Part shown: positions 19,719 through 29,001 of the stretch, piece after piece | Numbering within the stretch: position 1 is the stretch's first letter | How the letters are laid out: every line of letters starts with the position of its first letter | Assembly (NCBI GenBank): GCA_963822585.1 | Contig: CAWGIE010000033.1 | Location: forward strand, 135,255-199,254 | Source of the DNA: an uncultured bacterium | Lineage (GTDB): Bacteria; Auribacterota; Erginobacteria; Erginobacterales; Erginobacteraceae | DNA length: 64,000 nucleotides | Direction of reading: 5' to 3' | Notes under the pieces: generated by a model | What the model saw: the letters and a program-made list of their open reading frames with translations, nothing else | Database searches by the model: none | Told to the model about the DNA's origin: nothing | Position numbers and translations under genes: made by a program

Positions 19719-21667
19719 TTTTAGTGGCGGCGGTGATCGTGGTCGCGGCGGCGGTGCGGGCAGTTTACCTCCTCCAGCTTTTTCCCACCCCCTTCTTCGC
19801 CTACCCGGTCCTGGACGCGCAGTACTATCTGACCTGGGCCACGGACTTGGCCCGGAGCGGGTTTCATTTTTTTCCCGGGTACCAGGGGAATCCCCTCTAT
19901 CCTTATTTTCTGGCGTTCCTGATCCGGTTTCTCCATGCCGGACCGCTCCTGATCCGGATAGTCCAGCACGGTCTCGGGGTCCTCACCTGCCTTCTTCTCT
20001 TCCGGGCCGGAAAACACCTTTTCGGGGAGAAAGCCGGCCTCCTGGCGGCCTTCCTCTATGCCGTCTATGTCCCCGCCGTCTTTTACGAAGGCTGGCTGCT
20101 TTCCGCTTCGTTGACCGCTTTTTTGGCCGCGGCGCTGCTGGTGTCCCTGCTCGGGGCCGGCGACAGCGGGAAAACGGGGAACTGGATCGCCGCCGGCCTG
20201 ATCGGCGGTATCCTCACCCTCGCCCGGCCGACCCTGCTGCCGGTCGGGGCCTTGCTCTGGCTTTTGATCTTCTTCCGGGGGAAAAAGCCGGATGGAAAGC
20301 GCCCCTTTCTGCTTTTCCTGGCCGGGGCGTTGATCGTGCTCGTCCCCTCATCGGTGTACCTGAGCCTGGCACGCGGGGAGCCGGTCCTGTTATCCTCTCA
20401 TGGAGGAGAAAACTTTTACATCGGCAATAACGCCGCCGCCACCGGCGTCAGCAGGATCCCCGACTTCGCCCGGGGCACCCCGGCACTTCAGCATGACGAC
20501 TTCCGACGGGAAGCGGAACGCCGCGCGGGACGTCCCCTCTCCCCCGCCGGGAGTTCCCGCTTCTGGTTTCGGGAAGGATTCGGTTTCATCGCCGGCCATC
20601 CGCTCCGCTTTCTCAACCTGTTGATCCGCAAGATCGTTCTTTTTTTCAGCGCCGGGGCATTCGCCGATAATTATGATCTCCCCTTCTTTCGGGAGCGGCT
20701 CCCGATCCTGCGCCTTCCTTTCTCCTGGCATCTGCTCTCAGCGGCCGGCATCCTGGGGATGATCACCGGCTGGAAGGAACGGAAACGACTGGGGATCCTT
20801 TACTTCCTCACCGCCGGTTACACGGCCTCGATCGTCCTCTTCTTCATCGCCGACCGGTTCCGCCTCCCGGCCGCCCCGTTCTTGGCCCTCTTTGCCGCCG
20901 GCGCCCTCTCCTCCATCTTTGGTTTACTCCGGAGAAGGGAAATCAAAAGAATCGCCATCGTCATTCTTCTCGGGCTGCTGCTCTTCATCGCCGGAGGACT
21001 CTTCCCGGAGGGGACGCCTTCGTATGCCGCTTTCTATACGGCGGGAGAGGTTTATTACCGCGCCGGCCTGTATCAGCAGGCGATTGATTACATCGAACGC
21101 GCCCGGTCTTCGCTGGGGACGGATACTTCCGAGGGAAAGCATATCGGTTACCGGGTCCGGTACGCGCTGGGCCAGGCGTATTTGGGAGCGGGGGAACCGG
21201 AAAAAGCGCAAGCCGAGTTCCGGAAACTGCAAATGGATTACCCGGGCGAACTCCAGGATGCCGACTTCGAGATCGGCAACGTCTACGCCGAACATCATCT
21301 CTACCGCGTTGCCCGGGAATACTACCGGGCGGCAATAAGCGAAAAGCCGGATCATTACCGGGCCTGGAATAATCTGGGAATGGCGTACCGCGAGGAAGGC
21401 GAGACCGGGAAGGCCCAAGACGCGTTCCAGACCGCGCTGGGCCTGAACCCGGAATACGCCCCTGCTCATGTCAACCGGGGAAACCTCCTGGTCCGGGAAG
21501 GTAAATTCGAAGCGGCGTTGGATGAGTTCAACGCGGCGCTGCGGATCGATCCGGCGCTGGTTCAGCTCCACCTCTCGGCGGCCTTCTGCCTCCAGAAACT
21601 CAACCGGCTCCCGGAAGCTGAAGAGGAACTGCGCCGTTGCCCTCCCGCTTTCCGGGGCGAGCGCTAA
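19682..21667 (+). CDS. GT-C (PMT_2-like) membrane glycosyltransferase with C-terminal TPR repeats
   Basis: Many TM helices, LDAQYY, PLYPYFLA, NFYIGNN, RFRLP; TPR motifs (AWNNLG, AHVNRG). Confidence 0.85.
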   Translation: MNKYEPRVDLTPFLVAAVIVVAAAVRAVYLLQLFPTPFFAYPVLDAQYYLTWATDLARSGFHFFPGYQGNPLYPYFLAFLIRFLHAGPLLIRIVQHGLGVLTCLLLFRAGKHLFGEKAGLLAAFLYAVYVPAVFYEGWLLSASLTAFLAAALLVSLLGAGDSGKTGNWIAAGLIGGILTLARPTLLPVGALLWLLIFFRGKKPDGKRPFLLFLAGALIVLVPSSVYLSLARGEPVLLSSHGGENFYIGNNAAATGVSRIPDFARGTPALQHDDFRREAERRAGRPLSPAGSSRFWFREGFGFIAGHPLRFLNLLIRKIVLFFSAGAFADNYDLPFFRERLPILRLPFSWHLLSAAGILGMITGWKERKRLGILYFLTAGYTASIVLFFIADRFRLPAAPFLALFAAGALSSIFGLLRRREIKRIAIVILLGLLLFIAGGLFPEGTPSYAAFYTAGEVYYRAGLYQQAIDYIERARSSLGTDTSEGKHIGYRVRYALGQAYLGAGEPEKAQAEFRKLQMDYPGELQDADFEIGNVYAEHHLYRVAREYYRAAISEKPDHYRAWNNLGMAYREEGETGKAQDAFQTALGLNPEYAPAHVNRGNLLVREGKFEAALDEFNAALRIDPALVQLHLSAAFCLQKLNRLPEAEEELRRCPPAFRGER

Positions 21668-21825
21668 AAATGCAGTCCCGCAATTTATTGAACCGCGGAT
21701 TATGCTGATTACAAAAACAATCCGCTTAATCCAGCCTGCCCTCGGTTTACCGGGGTTTAATCCGCGGTTTTATCCCGATGACGATCGGAATCACGATGGC
21801 TATCGGGGCAATGTCAGGCCGTCGA

Positions 21826-22320
21826 TCAGCCTCTCTTTTTCCGTCTTCCCTTCTTTTTCGGGCGGCCGCGCTTTTTATACACCGGCTTGATCCCCAGCCG
21901 TTCCCGCACCTCCGGGAGTTTCATCTTCCTGACGGCGATAAACGTGGCCAGGTTCTCACCCCGGGGCTGCGACCGTCCCTGCTCCCAGGACCTGATCGCG
22001 GCGACGCTCACGCCCAGAAGACGGGAGAACTCACCTTGCTTCAGCTTCAGCCGTTTTCTCTGGGCCCTGACCAGCCGGGGGCTGATCCGGGCTTTCCGGG
22101 CCTCTTCCTCCGGCACCGCTTCCGGCACCGGAGCGGCCTCGGCCAATAGCTTCTTCTGCCGGGCGATTATTTTCTGCAGACCGGCGATCGTCTTCTCCTG
22201 TCGGGAGACCGTCCGGGTAATTGCCACCAGCCGGCCGCGCAGCGGCACAAAGGCCTTTTTTACTTCTTTCCGAGAGATGCGGCCGATCTCTTCTTTTAAA
22301 ATTTTTGCGATATCCGCCAT
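21826..22320 (-). CDS. XRE-family HTH protein with N-terminal coiled coil and basic tail
   Basis: RKRLKLKQGEFSRLLGVSVAAIRSWEQGRSQPR. Confidence 0.85.
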   Translation of the reverse strand: MADIAKILKEEIGRISRKEVKKAFVPLRGRLVAITRTVSRQEKTIAGLQKIIARQKKLLAEAAPVPEAVPEEEARKARISPRLVRAQRKRLKLKQGEFSRLLGVSVAAIRSWEQGRSQPRGENLATFIAVRKMKLPEVRERLGIKPVYKKRGRPKKKGRRKKRG

Positions 22321-22502
22321 AAAAACCTCCTTAGCTATTACTATCAGTGTTATTCATTAAGGGCGCCGTGCAAAACCGGTTTTTAGCGCACCGCTGATTG
22401 ATAGCACTATTTTTGATATAAACGGCAACGGTGTCAAGGAGGAAATTATCCGCGGCCATGACGGAGGCTCCGGATGGCCGGCAGGGATTTAACGGCTGGA
22501 GG

Positions 22503-23114
22503 TCAAGCGGACGGCTTGCGATAGCGGACCAGAAAGCAATCCTGACCGTCTTCGAGATACTCGGGGATCAGTTCCAATTTCCTGCCCCAGTCACGGAAGC
22601 ATTCGAGCGGGGGTAGATAATCACCGGCAATTACCTCCCGTTGAGCGGCATGAAAATGATTGATCTGCTCCCGGCTGCAAGCGTGCAGGATCATGATGAT
22701 CCCGCCGGGGATAAGGACCCGGCGGCATTCCCGCAGTACGTCATCTTTCCGGTCAAAATGGGGGAAAGAACAGAAACTGAAGACAAAGCGGATACTTGCG
22801 TCGTCAAGGGGAAGATGATGGGCATCGGCCTGCACCCGGTGCAGAAGGGGATGCGCGCTATACCGGCCGGCTTCCGTGAGCATCCCGGATGAGATGTCCA
22901 GGACCAGACAGCGGAGAGGATAAATATCAATCAGGTAATTGGCGAATCTTCCCGTCCCCCCGCCCAGATCAATGACCACCCCTCCCCGGCCAAGCTCTTC
23001 TCCGGGCAAAACCTCATCAAGAAGCGTCCGTTCCCGATCGTTGAAAATGTTATTCTCGTGCCATCCGGGGGAGAGATCGTCAAAGAAGGAGCGTTTTTTT
23101 TCTGTCATCGTCAT
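22503..23114 (-). CDS. Class I SAM-dependent methyltransferase
   Basis: VIDLGGGTG, LDISSGML, DAHHLPL, RVLIPGG. Confidence 0.9.
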   Translation of the reverse strand: MTMTEKKRSFFDDLSPGWHENNIFNDRERTLLDEVLPGEELGRGGVVIDLGGGTGRFANYLIDIYPLRCLVLDISSGMLTEAGRYSAHPLLHRVQADAHHLPLDDASIRFVFSFCSFPHFDRKDDVLRECRRVLIPGGIIMILHACSREQINHFHAAQREVIAGDYLPPLECFRDWGRKLELIPEYLEDGQDCFLVRYRKPSA

Positions 23115-23117
23115 CGC

Positions 23118-23663
23118 TCAATCCCCCTCCACGGCGGAAGCAGCCATAACCGGCTGCTCTTCGATTATCCGTAGAATCCAGGGGATGATGCCCGTCTGTA
23201 TGATTGCCCCCGGAAGTCCCCAGAGCAGTGCCGGTACCAGGAGCCAGAAGGCCGGAAGCTCGATCACCAGACCGGCGCCCAGGATAAATATCGCCCGTAC
23301 CCCGCGCTGAATGATAAAGGCGACGACCAGACAGGCGTATATATTCCACCTTCTCTTCCGGTAGGACCAGAAGATCCAGAGGTTCATCGAGACCGCCTCC
23401 AGGACCATCAGGACCGCGACCGGCGGATAGAGGGGGGGCATCCCGGTAAAAAAAGACGAAAGCAGCGGGACGGCGACGGAGAGGACCAGGGTGGTCCGAA
23501 GATGAAGGGTGCAGCCGGCGATAAGAAGCGGCAGAAACATCGGCATCAGGTGAGTCCCCAGGCCGAACGGATGAAGCAGCAGGGGAAGGAAGAGCGCGGC
23601 AGCGCCCCAAACGCCGCCCCAGATCATATCGCGAATATACAGTTGATCAACTCTGTCTCTCAT
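23118..23663 (-). CDS. ECF transporter S component (putative)
   Basis: Hydrophobic protein of about 180 aa with MPMFLP, PLLSSFFTGMPP, PGAIIQ motifs; clustered with ECF A and T genes. Confidence 0.75.
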   Translation of the reverse strand: MRDRVDQLYIRDMIWGGVWGAAALFLPLLLHPFGLGTHLMPMFLPLLIAGCTLHLRTTLVLSVAVPLLSSFFTGMPPLYPPVAVLMVLEAVSMNLWIFWSYRKRRWNIYACLVVAFIIQRGVRAIFILGAGLVIELPAFWLLVPALLWGLPGAIIQTGIIPWILRIIEEQPVMAASAVEGD

Positions 23664-23709
23664 TATTATAAGCTCGTTATGTATCACTCGGGCACAGATA
23701 ACCAATAAG

Positions 23710-25533
23710 TTAAAAGGATAGAGATGCTTCTCCCCACAGCCAGCGTCCCGGCATCGGGTACCCTTCCACCGTCTGGTAGTTTTCATCAAAAACATTATTC
23801 ACCTTGAAGGTCAGGACCGCGAACGTATTCAGATCGCAGCTGAGCTTGAGATCGGTAACACAGTAATCCTCGTCCCGATCGCTGAAGCGGAGGCCATCAA
23901 CCAGGCTGGTCGTGCTCTGGAGGGAGAAGGCGCGCCAGATAAAACGGTTGATCCACTGCAGAACATGGGGGGCCAGGCCGTCCACCCGGTGATTCTGGTC
24001 AAGATAGGTATAGGAAAGGAGCGACTCAAACCAGGAACAGGGGGTCACCACCCCGGTCAGCTCGACGCCCTTATTCACCAGGCCGCCGGTATTCTCCGCC
24101 TGGGGGGGGGTGAAGACGATCAGGTTGTCGGCATCGATGTAGTAGCCGGTAAGATCGAGGGCGAAGAAGTCGCCGAAATTCCGGCGAACCCCCAACTCGC
24201 TGCTCCAGGCTTCCTCGGGTTCCAGATCCAGGGACGAGGGAGGGAAGATATAGAGATCGCGGATGGTGGGGGCTCGGTAACCCCGGGATACCTGCCCGTG
24301 TAAAACCGTGTCTTTAAAAAGCAGGTAGCGGGCGCCGAAGCGGGGGAGGACTTCCGAAGCGGCATGCTCGGCCAGCTCCAGGCGGCATCCCGCCTGGAGC
24401 GTCAGAGAATCCCAGAACGTCTGCTGATCATCGAGATAGATGCCGCCCCGGGTTTCCAAGTAGCGGCCGTAATCCACATCCATCTTCGTGTTCTCCGCGT
24501 CGCCCTCCGCCTGCTGGATATCACCGCCGACTTCCACCCGATTCTCTTCGGTTAAGATAATGGACTGGTACCCCGTCATCCCCAGGGTCCGGTCGTGGGA
24601 CTTCCAGCCGTCGTAGCCGGTAAAATCATGCCTCCCCCGCTGGCCGTATACCGTCACGGCGCCCCGGGTCTCGGCGAAGGTATTATATAATGTCAAACCG
24701 CCGCCGCCGCGGAGGACGTCCCGGGTATCGTCGGGATGGGGATCGGAGACGGGACCCGGGTCTTCGACCGTGAAGTCAACGCCCCATCCGTTGAGAACCA
24801 GCTGCCAGTTGTCGGAAAGACGGTAGCCGGCTTTCAGATTCGCGTTCCAGCCCCGAAAAGCACTGTTGGGACGATCTCCTTCGGTCTCGCGCCGAAGGAG
24901 ATAGCCGGTATAGGAGAAATCTCCGACCTTCCCGGAATTGGCCAGAGATGCCTTGTAGGAATGATACTCCCCCCCTCCCGCCGATACGGTGGTGGAAGAA
25001 CCGTCTTCCGAACGGAGACGGCGCGTGATGATATTGACGACGCCGCCCAGCGCCTGATCGCCGTAATGAAGAGAATGCGATCCCCGCAGTACCTCGACCC
25101 GTTCCACATCCTCCAGCGGGTAGGCATCGGGGATGGGATGGCCGAAGATACCCATCGTGGTCGGCTGACCGTCAAGCAGGACCAGGACCTGGTCGTCGGG
25201 AGCGCCGCCCAGTCCGCGGATCGAGAGGGTGCCGGCGGCGCCGGTACCGATGCCGTAGTTGAAGATGCCGTGCTGATCGACAAAAACTCCGGGGACGCGG
25301 CCGGAGATCAATTCATAAACATCCGCAGCGCCTGACTGCTTTATCTCGTCGCGGTCGATGATGGTGATGCTGGACGTCGTTTCACGGCCGGCCACGGAAG
25401 AGTCGGGGAAATCATAAATCACCACTTCCGGGATCTCCACCTCTTGGGCTCTGATCGGGTTGACCGCCGCGGATGGGGCGGACCATATCAAAACCCCGAT
25501 CAGTAATGCAGCACCTGTCCTGGCTGTCATCAT
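23710..25533 (-). CDS. TonB-dependent outer membrane receptor
   Basis: Plug motifs (SIRG, VLLDGQP, ERVEVLRGSHSLHYG, GGVVNIIT), NNVFDENY, terminal Phe. Confidence 0.93.
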   Translation of the reverse strand: MMTARTGAALLIGVLIWSAPSAAVNPIRAQEVEIPEVVIYDFPDSSVAGRETTSSITIIDRDEIKQSGAADVYELISGRVPGVFVDQHGIFNYGIGTGAAGTLSIRGLGGAPDDQVLVLLDGQPTTMGIFGHPIPDAYPLEDVERVEVLRGSHSLHYGDQALGGVVNIITRRLRSEDGSSTTVSAGGGEYHSYKASLANSGKVGDFSYTGYLLRRETEGDRPNSAFRGWNANLKAGYRLSDNWQLVLNGWGVDFTVEDPGPVSDPHPDDTRDVLRGGGGLTLYNTFAETRGAVTVYGQRGRHDFTGYDGWKSHDRTLGMTGYQSIILTEENRVEVGGDIQQAEGDAENTKMDVDYGRYLETRGGIYLDDQQTFWDSLTLQAGCRLELAEHAASEVLPRFGARYLLFKDTVLHGQVSRGYRAPTIRDLYIFPPSSLDLEPEEAWSSELGVRRNFGDFFALDLTGYYIDADNLIVFTPPQAENTGGLVNKGVELTGVVTPCSWFESLLSYTYLDQNHRVDGLAPHVLQWINRFIWRAFSLQSTTSLVDGLRFSDRDEDYCVTDLKLSCDLNTFAVLTFKVNNVFDENYQTVEGYPMPGRWLWGEASLSF

Positions 25534-25545
25534 ATCTCCCCCGTT

Positions 25546-25572
25546 GTGTTACGTTTATTTATTTTGTGCTAC
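25546..25572. promoter_or_regulatory. Candidate NikR operator upstream of the TonB-dependent receptor
   Basis: GTGTTAC-N13-GTGCTAC, same first half-site and spacing as the site at 28909. Confidence 0.6.
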
Positions 25573-25640
25573 CATACAACCTTCTCTCAGCCGGATCAAG
25601 AACTATCTTTGACTACACGTCCGGTAGAAACATCTGATTA

Positions 25641-25700
25641 CGTATTAATTTTACTCCCCGGAATTGCAGAAATGAAATTCCGGGGAGTAAAATTAATACG
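25641..25700. repeat. 25-bp perfect stem hairpin overlapping the tonB stop codon
   Basis: CGTATTAATTTTACTCCCCGGAATT-10 nt loop-AATTCCGGGGAGTAAAATTAATACG. Confidence 0.8.
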
Positions 25701-26379
25701 TTGACTCAAAGGAAATCGAGACCGCGATCGCCTTTCCGGCGATCTCCGGTCCGGCCTTTGGAAAAGGCGCCGCTTTTCCCAGGATCTCCAGCGCCGTCCG
25801 GTTGAAGATCATATGCGGGGAAGCTTCGATTACCCGGGGATGAAGAAGCGTTCCTTCCTGGTCGATGGCGAAAGAAACTTTAACCACTCCTTCCAATCGG
25901 CTCAACCGGGCGCGGCGGGGATAATAGATGGCCGACTCGATCCTCCGCCGCACTTCCTGCAGGTACTCGTCCATCGGAAGCCCTCCGCTTACGGGGGAGA
26001 CACCGGCGAGGCCTTCGGGGGCGGGGAGCGCTGCTTTATCCGTTTCCGGATGCTGAAGCCGATCATCCGGAGAGTTTTCCCTCTCCGTCTCCGGGAGAAC
26101 TTCCGGGACAATCCCGGCCAGCTTGATCTCCGATGGCGCTCTGACCGCCGTAACCCCCACCCCTTCTTCTCGACGCGGCGGTTCGGAACGCAGAGGAGCG
26201 GATAATGCGGAGACGGCGATCAGGCCGATCTCCATTAAGGGAATCGAATCATCCCCCCCCTGATAGGAGAGTTTCTTTCTCCAGCCGATATACGCGGTCA
26301 CCGAACAGTAAGCGAAAACATGAACGGTGGCCGAGATCAGCAACGCGATCAGGAAAACATTTCTACCGGATTTTTTCAC
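25693..26379 (-). CDS. tonB: Energy transducer TonB
   Basis: N-terminal TM with SATVH, YPRRARLSRLEGVVKVSFAI. Confidence 0.88.
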   Translation of the reverse strand: MKKSGRNVFLIALLISATVHVFAYCSVTAYIGWRKKLSYQGGDDSIPLMEIGLIAVSALSAPLRSEPPRREEGVGVTAVRAPSEIKLAGIVPEVLPETERENSPDDRLQHPETDKAALPAPEGLAGVSPVSGGLPMDEYLQEVRRRIESAIYYPRRARLSRLEGVVKVSFAIDQEGTLLHPRVIEASPHMIFNRTALEILGKAAPFPKAGPEIAGKAIAVSISFESTY

Positions 26380-26471
26380 TTCAATCGGGTCAGCGTCGGT
26401 ACGTCCGGGTTGGAAAGATTCACTGGAATATTTAGCTCAACCTGAATGTGCGGGCTATTTTGATTACCATT

Positions 26472-27236
26472 TTATTCGCCCGAAGGGGGAATAAAAAGCC
26501 CATGCGCCTCCAGCAGACCGTGGTCGGAGAGAATATCCGCCGCGGCGCCGGCGGCCGCCACTTTTCCCCGGTCAAGCACCAGAACCCGGTCGGCTAATTC
26601 GGAAACCACTCCGAAATCCATGCTGGACAGGAGCATGGCCCGGGACGTTTCCTTGAGTATCCTGACCAGCTGCCCAGTCTCACGGGGGTCGAGACCAAGA
26701 GCCGGTTCGTCAAGAAAAAGCATCTCCGGTTTGTCCGCCAGGCATCCGGCCAGACACATCCTTTTCTTCTCTCCGAAACTCATCTCCAGGGGGGACCGGT
26801 TTTCATATCCCTCCAGGTGAACCTTTCTGAGAACGTCCGTGATCAGGGGACGGGCTGATTCCGGGGGAACGCCTTCCCGGAGAAGGGGGAAACCGACGTC
26901 ATCTTCCACCGTGGTCCCGATAATCTGATCATCCGGATTCTGAAACAGAAACGACATCCGGAGCACGCCGGGGAGGCGCGGCCGTCGGCCGGCCGGCGAC
27001 GGGTCCTGCTCCCCCCGCTGGGCGGGAAATTCCCGGCGGATGGTTCCCGATCTGATGCCGTTCTTCAGCAAACCGGAGAGGACCAGAAGCAAGGTTGATT
27101 TACCTGAGCCGTTCGGTCCGATAAAGGCGACTTTCTCCCCTGCTTCGATCCGGAGATTGACGCCGGAGAGGGCCGTTACCCCGTTTGGATAGACATAAGT
27201 CAAATCAGAGACCGTCAATATCAAATCACCCTTCAT
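26472..27236 (-). CDS. ECF transporter ATPase (CbiO/EcfA-like)
   Basis: GPNGSGKST, FQNPDDQI, MSFGEKKR, LDEP; H-loop appears altered (SSMD). Confidence 0.88.
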   Translation of the reverse strand: MKGDLILTVSDLTYVYPNGVTALSGVNLRIEAGEKVAFIGPNGSGKSTLLLVLSGLLKNGIRSGTIRREFPAQRGEQDPSPAGRRPRLPGVLRMSFLFQNPDDQIIGTTVEDDVGFPLLREGVPPESARPLITDVLRKVHLEGYENRSPLEMSFGEKKRMCLAGCLADKPEMLFLDEPALGLDPRETGQLVRILKETSRAMLLSSMDFGVVSELADRVLVLDRGKVAAAGAAADILSDHGLLEAHGLFIPPSGE

Positions 27237-27276
27237 TAACTCAACTCCATAAATTAGCTCGTTCCTGTTCGATAAA

Positions 27277-27475
27277 GTTTTCGAGCAGGAAATTCTAAAT
27301 CCTAATATCGAAATCCTAAATAAATTCAAAATCCCAATGACCAAATATCCACCTATCGCGATGCTTGGCGAGATTGTTTTGGATTTATGATTTTGGTCAT
27401 TTGATATTATTTAGGATTTAGGCTTTTCCGCCGGAGGCGGATCAGCCTCTGGCTGAAGATATTAGAACTTTAGCG
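27277..27475. repeat. Family A heptamer palindrome, copy 2, with nested double-hairpin insert
   Basis: Homologous to 9575-9740; insert 27427-27457 matches 416-446 in reverse. Confidence 0.85.
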
Positions 27476-27524
27476 CTTACGAGCTTTGCGAGTAATCTCT
27501 AACTCCGTGATTATGACGGCGGCT

Positions 27525-28268
27525 TCAGACACCCCCGACGACAGCCAGGTACAGGCACAGCAGCAGACCGATGAATCCGAGCAGCGTTCTCGTGTCTGCC
27601 GGCGCCCAGACCGGGGAGAAACAGGTGTAAAGCCTACCCGAAAATCCCCGGCCGAGCAGCGCCAGTTCCAGCCGTCCGGCGCGAGCGGTTATCCGGAACA
27701 GCACGACCTTCAGCAGGTCGATCAATATCCGGGGATGCCTCCTTACATATCCTGAAGTTACACCCCGACTTTTCCAGGCCAGAGGGACCTGATGGAATTC
27801 CTCCAGCAGCTTGCCCCAGATGGTAACAATCAGAAGAATCTGGGAGGCAATCAGGGGAGGCAGGTGCAGCATGCGGGTCAGAATAACGCACTCCCGGTAA
27901 TCCAGGGTGCCGGCTACCAAAAACGAGATCGTCACGGTCCAGACACTCTTAAAAGCCGTCGAACGGAAGAATGCCATCATGCTGCTTCCGGAAAAAATAT
28001 CACCGATAACCGTGCAGAGCAAAAGGAGACCCAAAAAGCCGGTGAGGACCAGATATACTCTCAGCAGGCTCTTCCACCGGGAGCGACCGCCGGAAGCGAA
28101 AAAGAGAATGAGAAGGACCGTCAGCTTTCCGGTCACCGCCCACCAAGAGCGGTCCGGGAGGAAAAGAAAAGACCCCAGCAGACCGGCCCCGATCAGCAGC
28201 TTGAGCAGAGGATGGCGCCCGGAGATAAAGGACGGAACCCGGACCAGAAGCGGCACCTGCTCCTTCAT
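27525..28268 (-). CDS. ECF transporter T component (CbiQ-like)
   Basis: HPLLKL, TM helices, AWKSRG and ALLGRGF Arg motifs; ATGA overlap with nikR. Confidence 0.8.
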   Translation of the reverse strand: MKEQVPLLVRVPSFISGRHPLLKLLIGAGLLGSFLFLPDRSWWAVTGKLTVLLILFFASGGRSRWKSLLRVYLVLTGFLGLLLLCTVIGDIFSGSSMMAFFRSTAFKSVWTVTISFLVAGTLDYRECVILTRMLHLPPLIASQILLIVTIWGKLLEEFHQVPLAWKSRGVTSGYVRRHPRILIDLLKVVLFRITARAGRLELALLGRGFSGRLYTCFSPVWAPADTRTLLGFIGLLLCLYLAVVGGV

Positions 28269-28681
28269 GAAATGCCGCTTCCCGTCGTTGACATGCTGAG
28301 AGAACAATGCTTGATCCCCCGCTGGGCCTTCAGGAGATCGGCCAAACTTTGCACCTCCCCCGCCGGACCTTTCAGGATAACGATCTCCAGGCAGTTGTCA
28401 TGATCGAGATGCACATGCTGGGTCGAGATAATGGCGGCCAGGTGCCGGTGCTGGATATCGGTGACCGTGTTTTGCAGTTCCCGCAGATGATGATCAAAGA
28501 CCATCATGATAACCCCCACCACCTCCTCCCCCGCCTCCCATTCCTTCACCACCAGGTCGGCCCGGATCAGATCCCGGAGAGCTTCCGAACGATTGGTGTA
28601 TCCTCTCTCCCGGATGGCGTTATCGAACCGATCGAGCAGCTTTTTATCCAGCGATACGCCAAAACGAATTAACTCGCTCAT
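28265..28681 (-). CDS. nikR: Nickel-responsive regulator NikR
   Basis: RFGVSL, GYTNRSEALRDLIR, HVHLDHDNCLE. Confidence 0.96.
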   Translation of the reverse strand: MSELIRFGVSLDKKLLDRFDNAIRERGYTNRSEALRDLIRADLVVKEWEAGEEVVGVIMMVFDHHLRELQNTVTDIQHRHLAAIISTQHVHLDHDNCLEIVILKGPAGEVQSLADLLKAQRGIKHCSLSMSTTGSGIS

Positions 28682-28908
28682 ATTATTTTTACTCCGTAAA
28701 AACTTAGTTTCGCAACTTCATGCCACCAAGGCACCCCCGTACGGCTTCGCCACGGGGCGGGGCAAGACACCAAGTATTGTCCTTTCGCTACCACGCTCTG
28801 CGTGGTAGCGAAGATATACTCTTTCCGTTCCTACGCAAAGCGTGGGAGGGAGAATTTTTATACATTTGTGTCTATCTTTTGAAATTCCGAATAAATTAAA
28901 GATCAATG

Positions 28909-28935
28909 GTGTTACGATTCGCAATAAAATAACAC
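28909..28935. promoter_or_regulatory. Candidate NikR operator upstream of nikR
   Basis: Inverted repeat GTGTTAC-N13-ATAACAC. Confidence 0.65.
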
Positions 28936-29001
28936 AAGACAGGCTCAGAACAAGGATAAAATCATATAGTAACCCATTTAAAATGGTAAAATACAGGTAT
29001 C

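Noticed and set aside
25534..25692. Cobalamin riboswitch upstream of the TonB-dependent receptor
   Set aside because: No B12-box or conserved core recognised; the region holds an operator-like site and a hairpin instead. An Rfam scan would be decisive.
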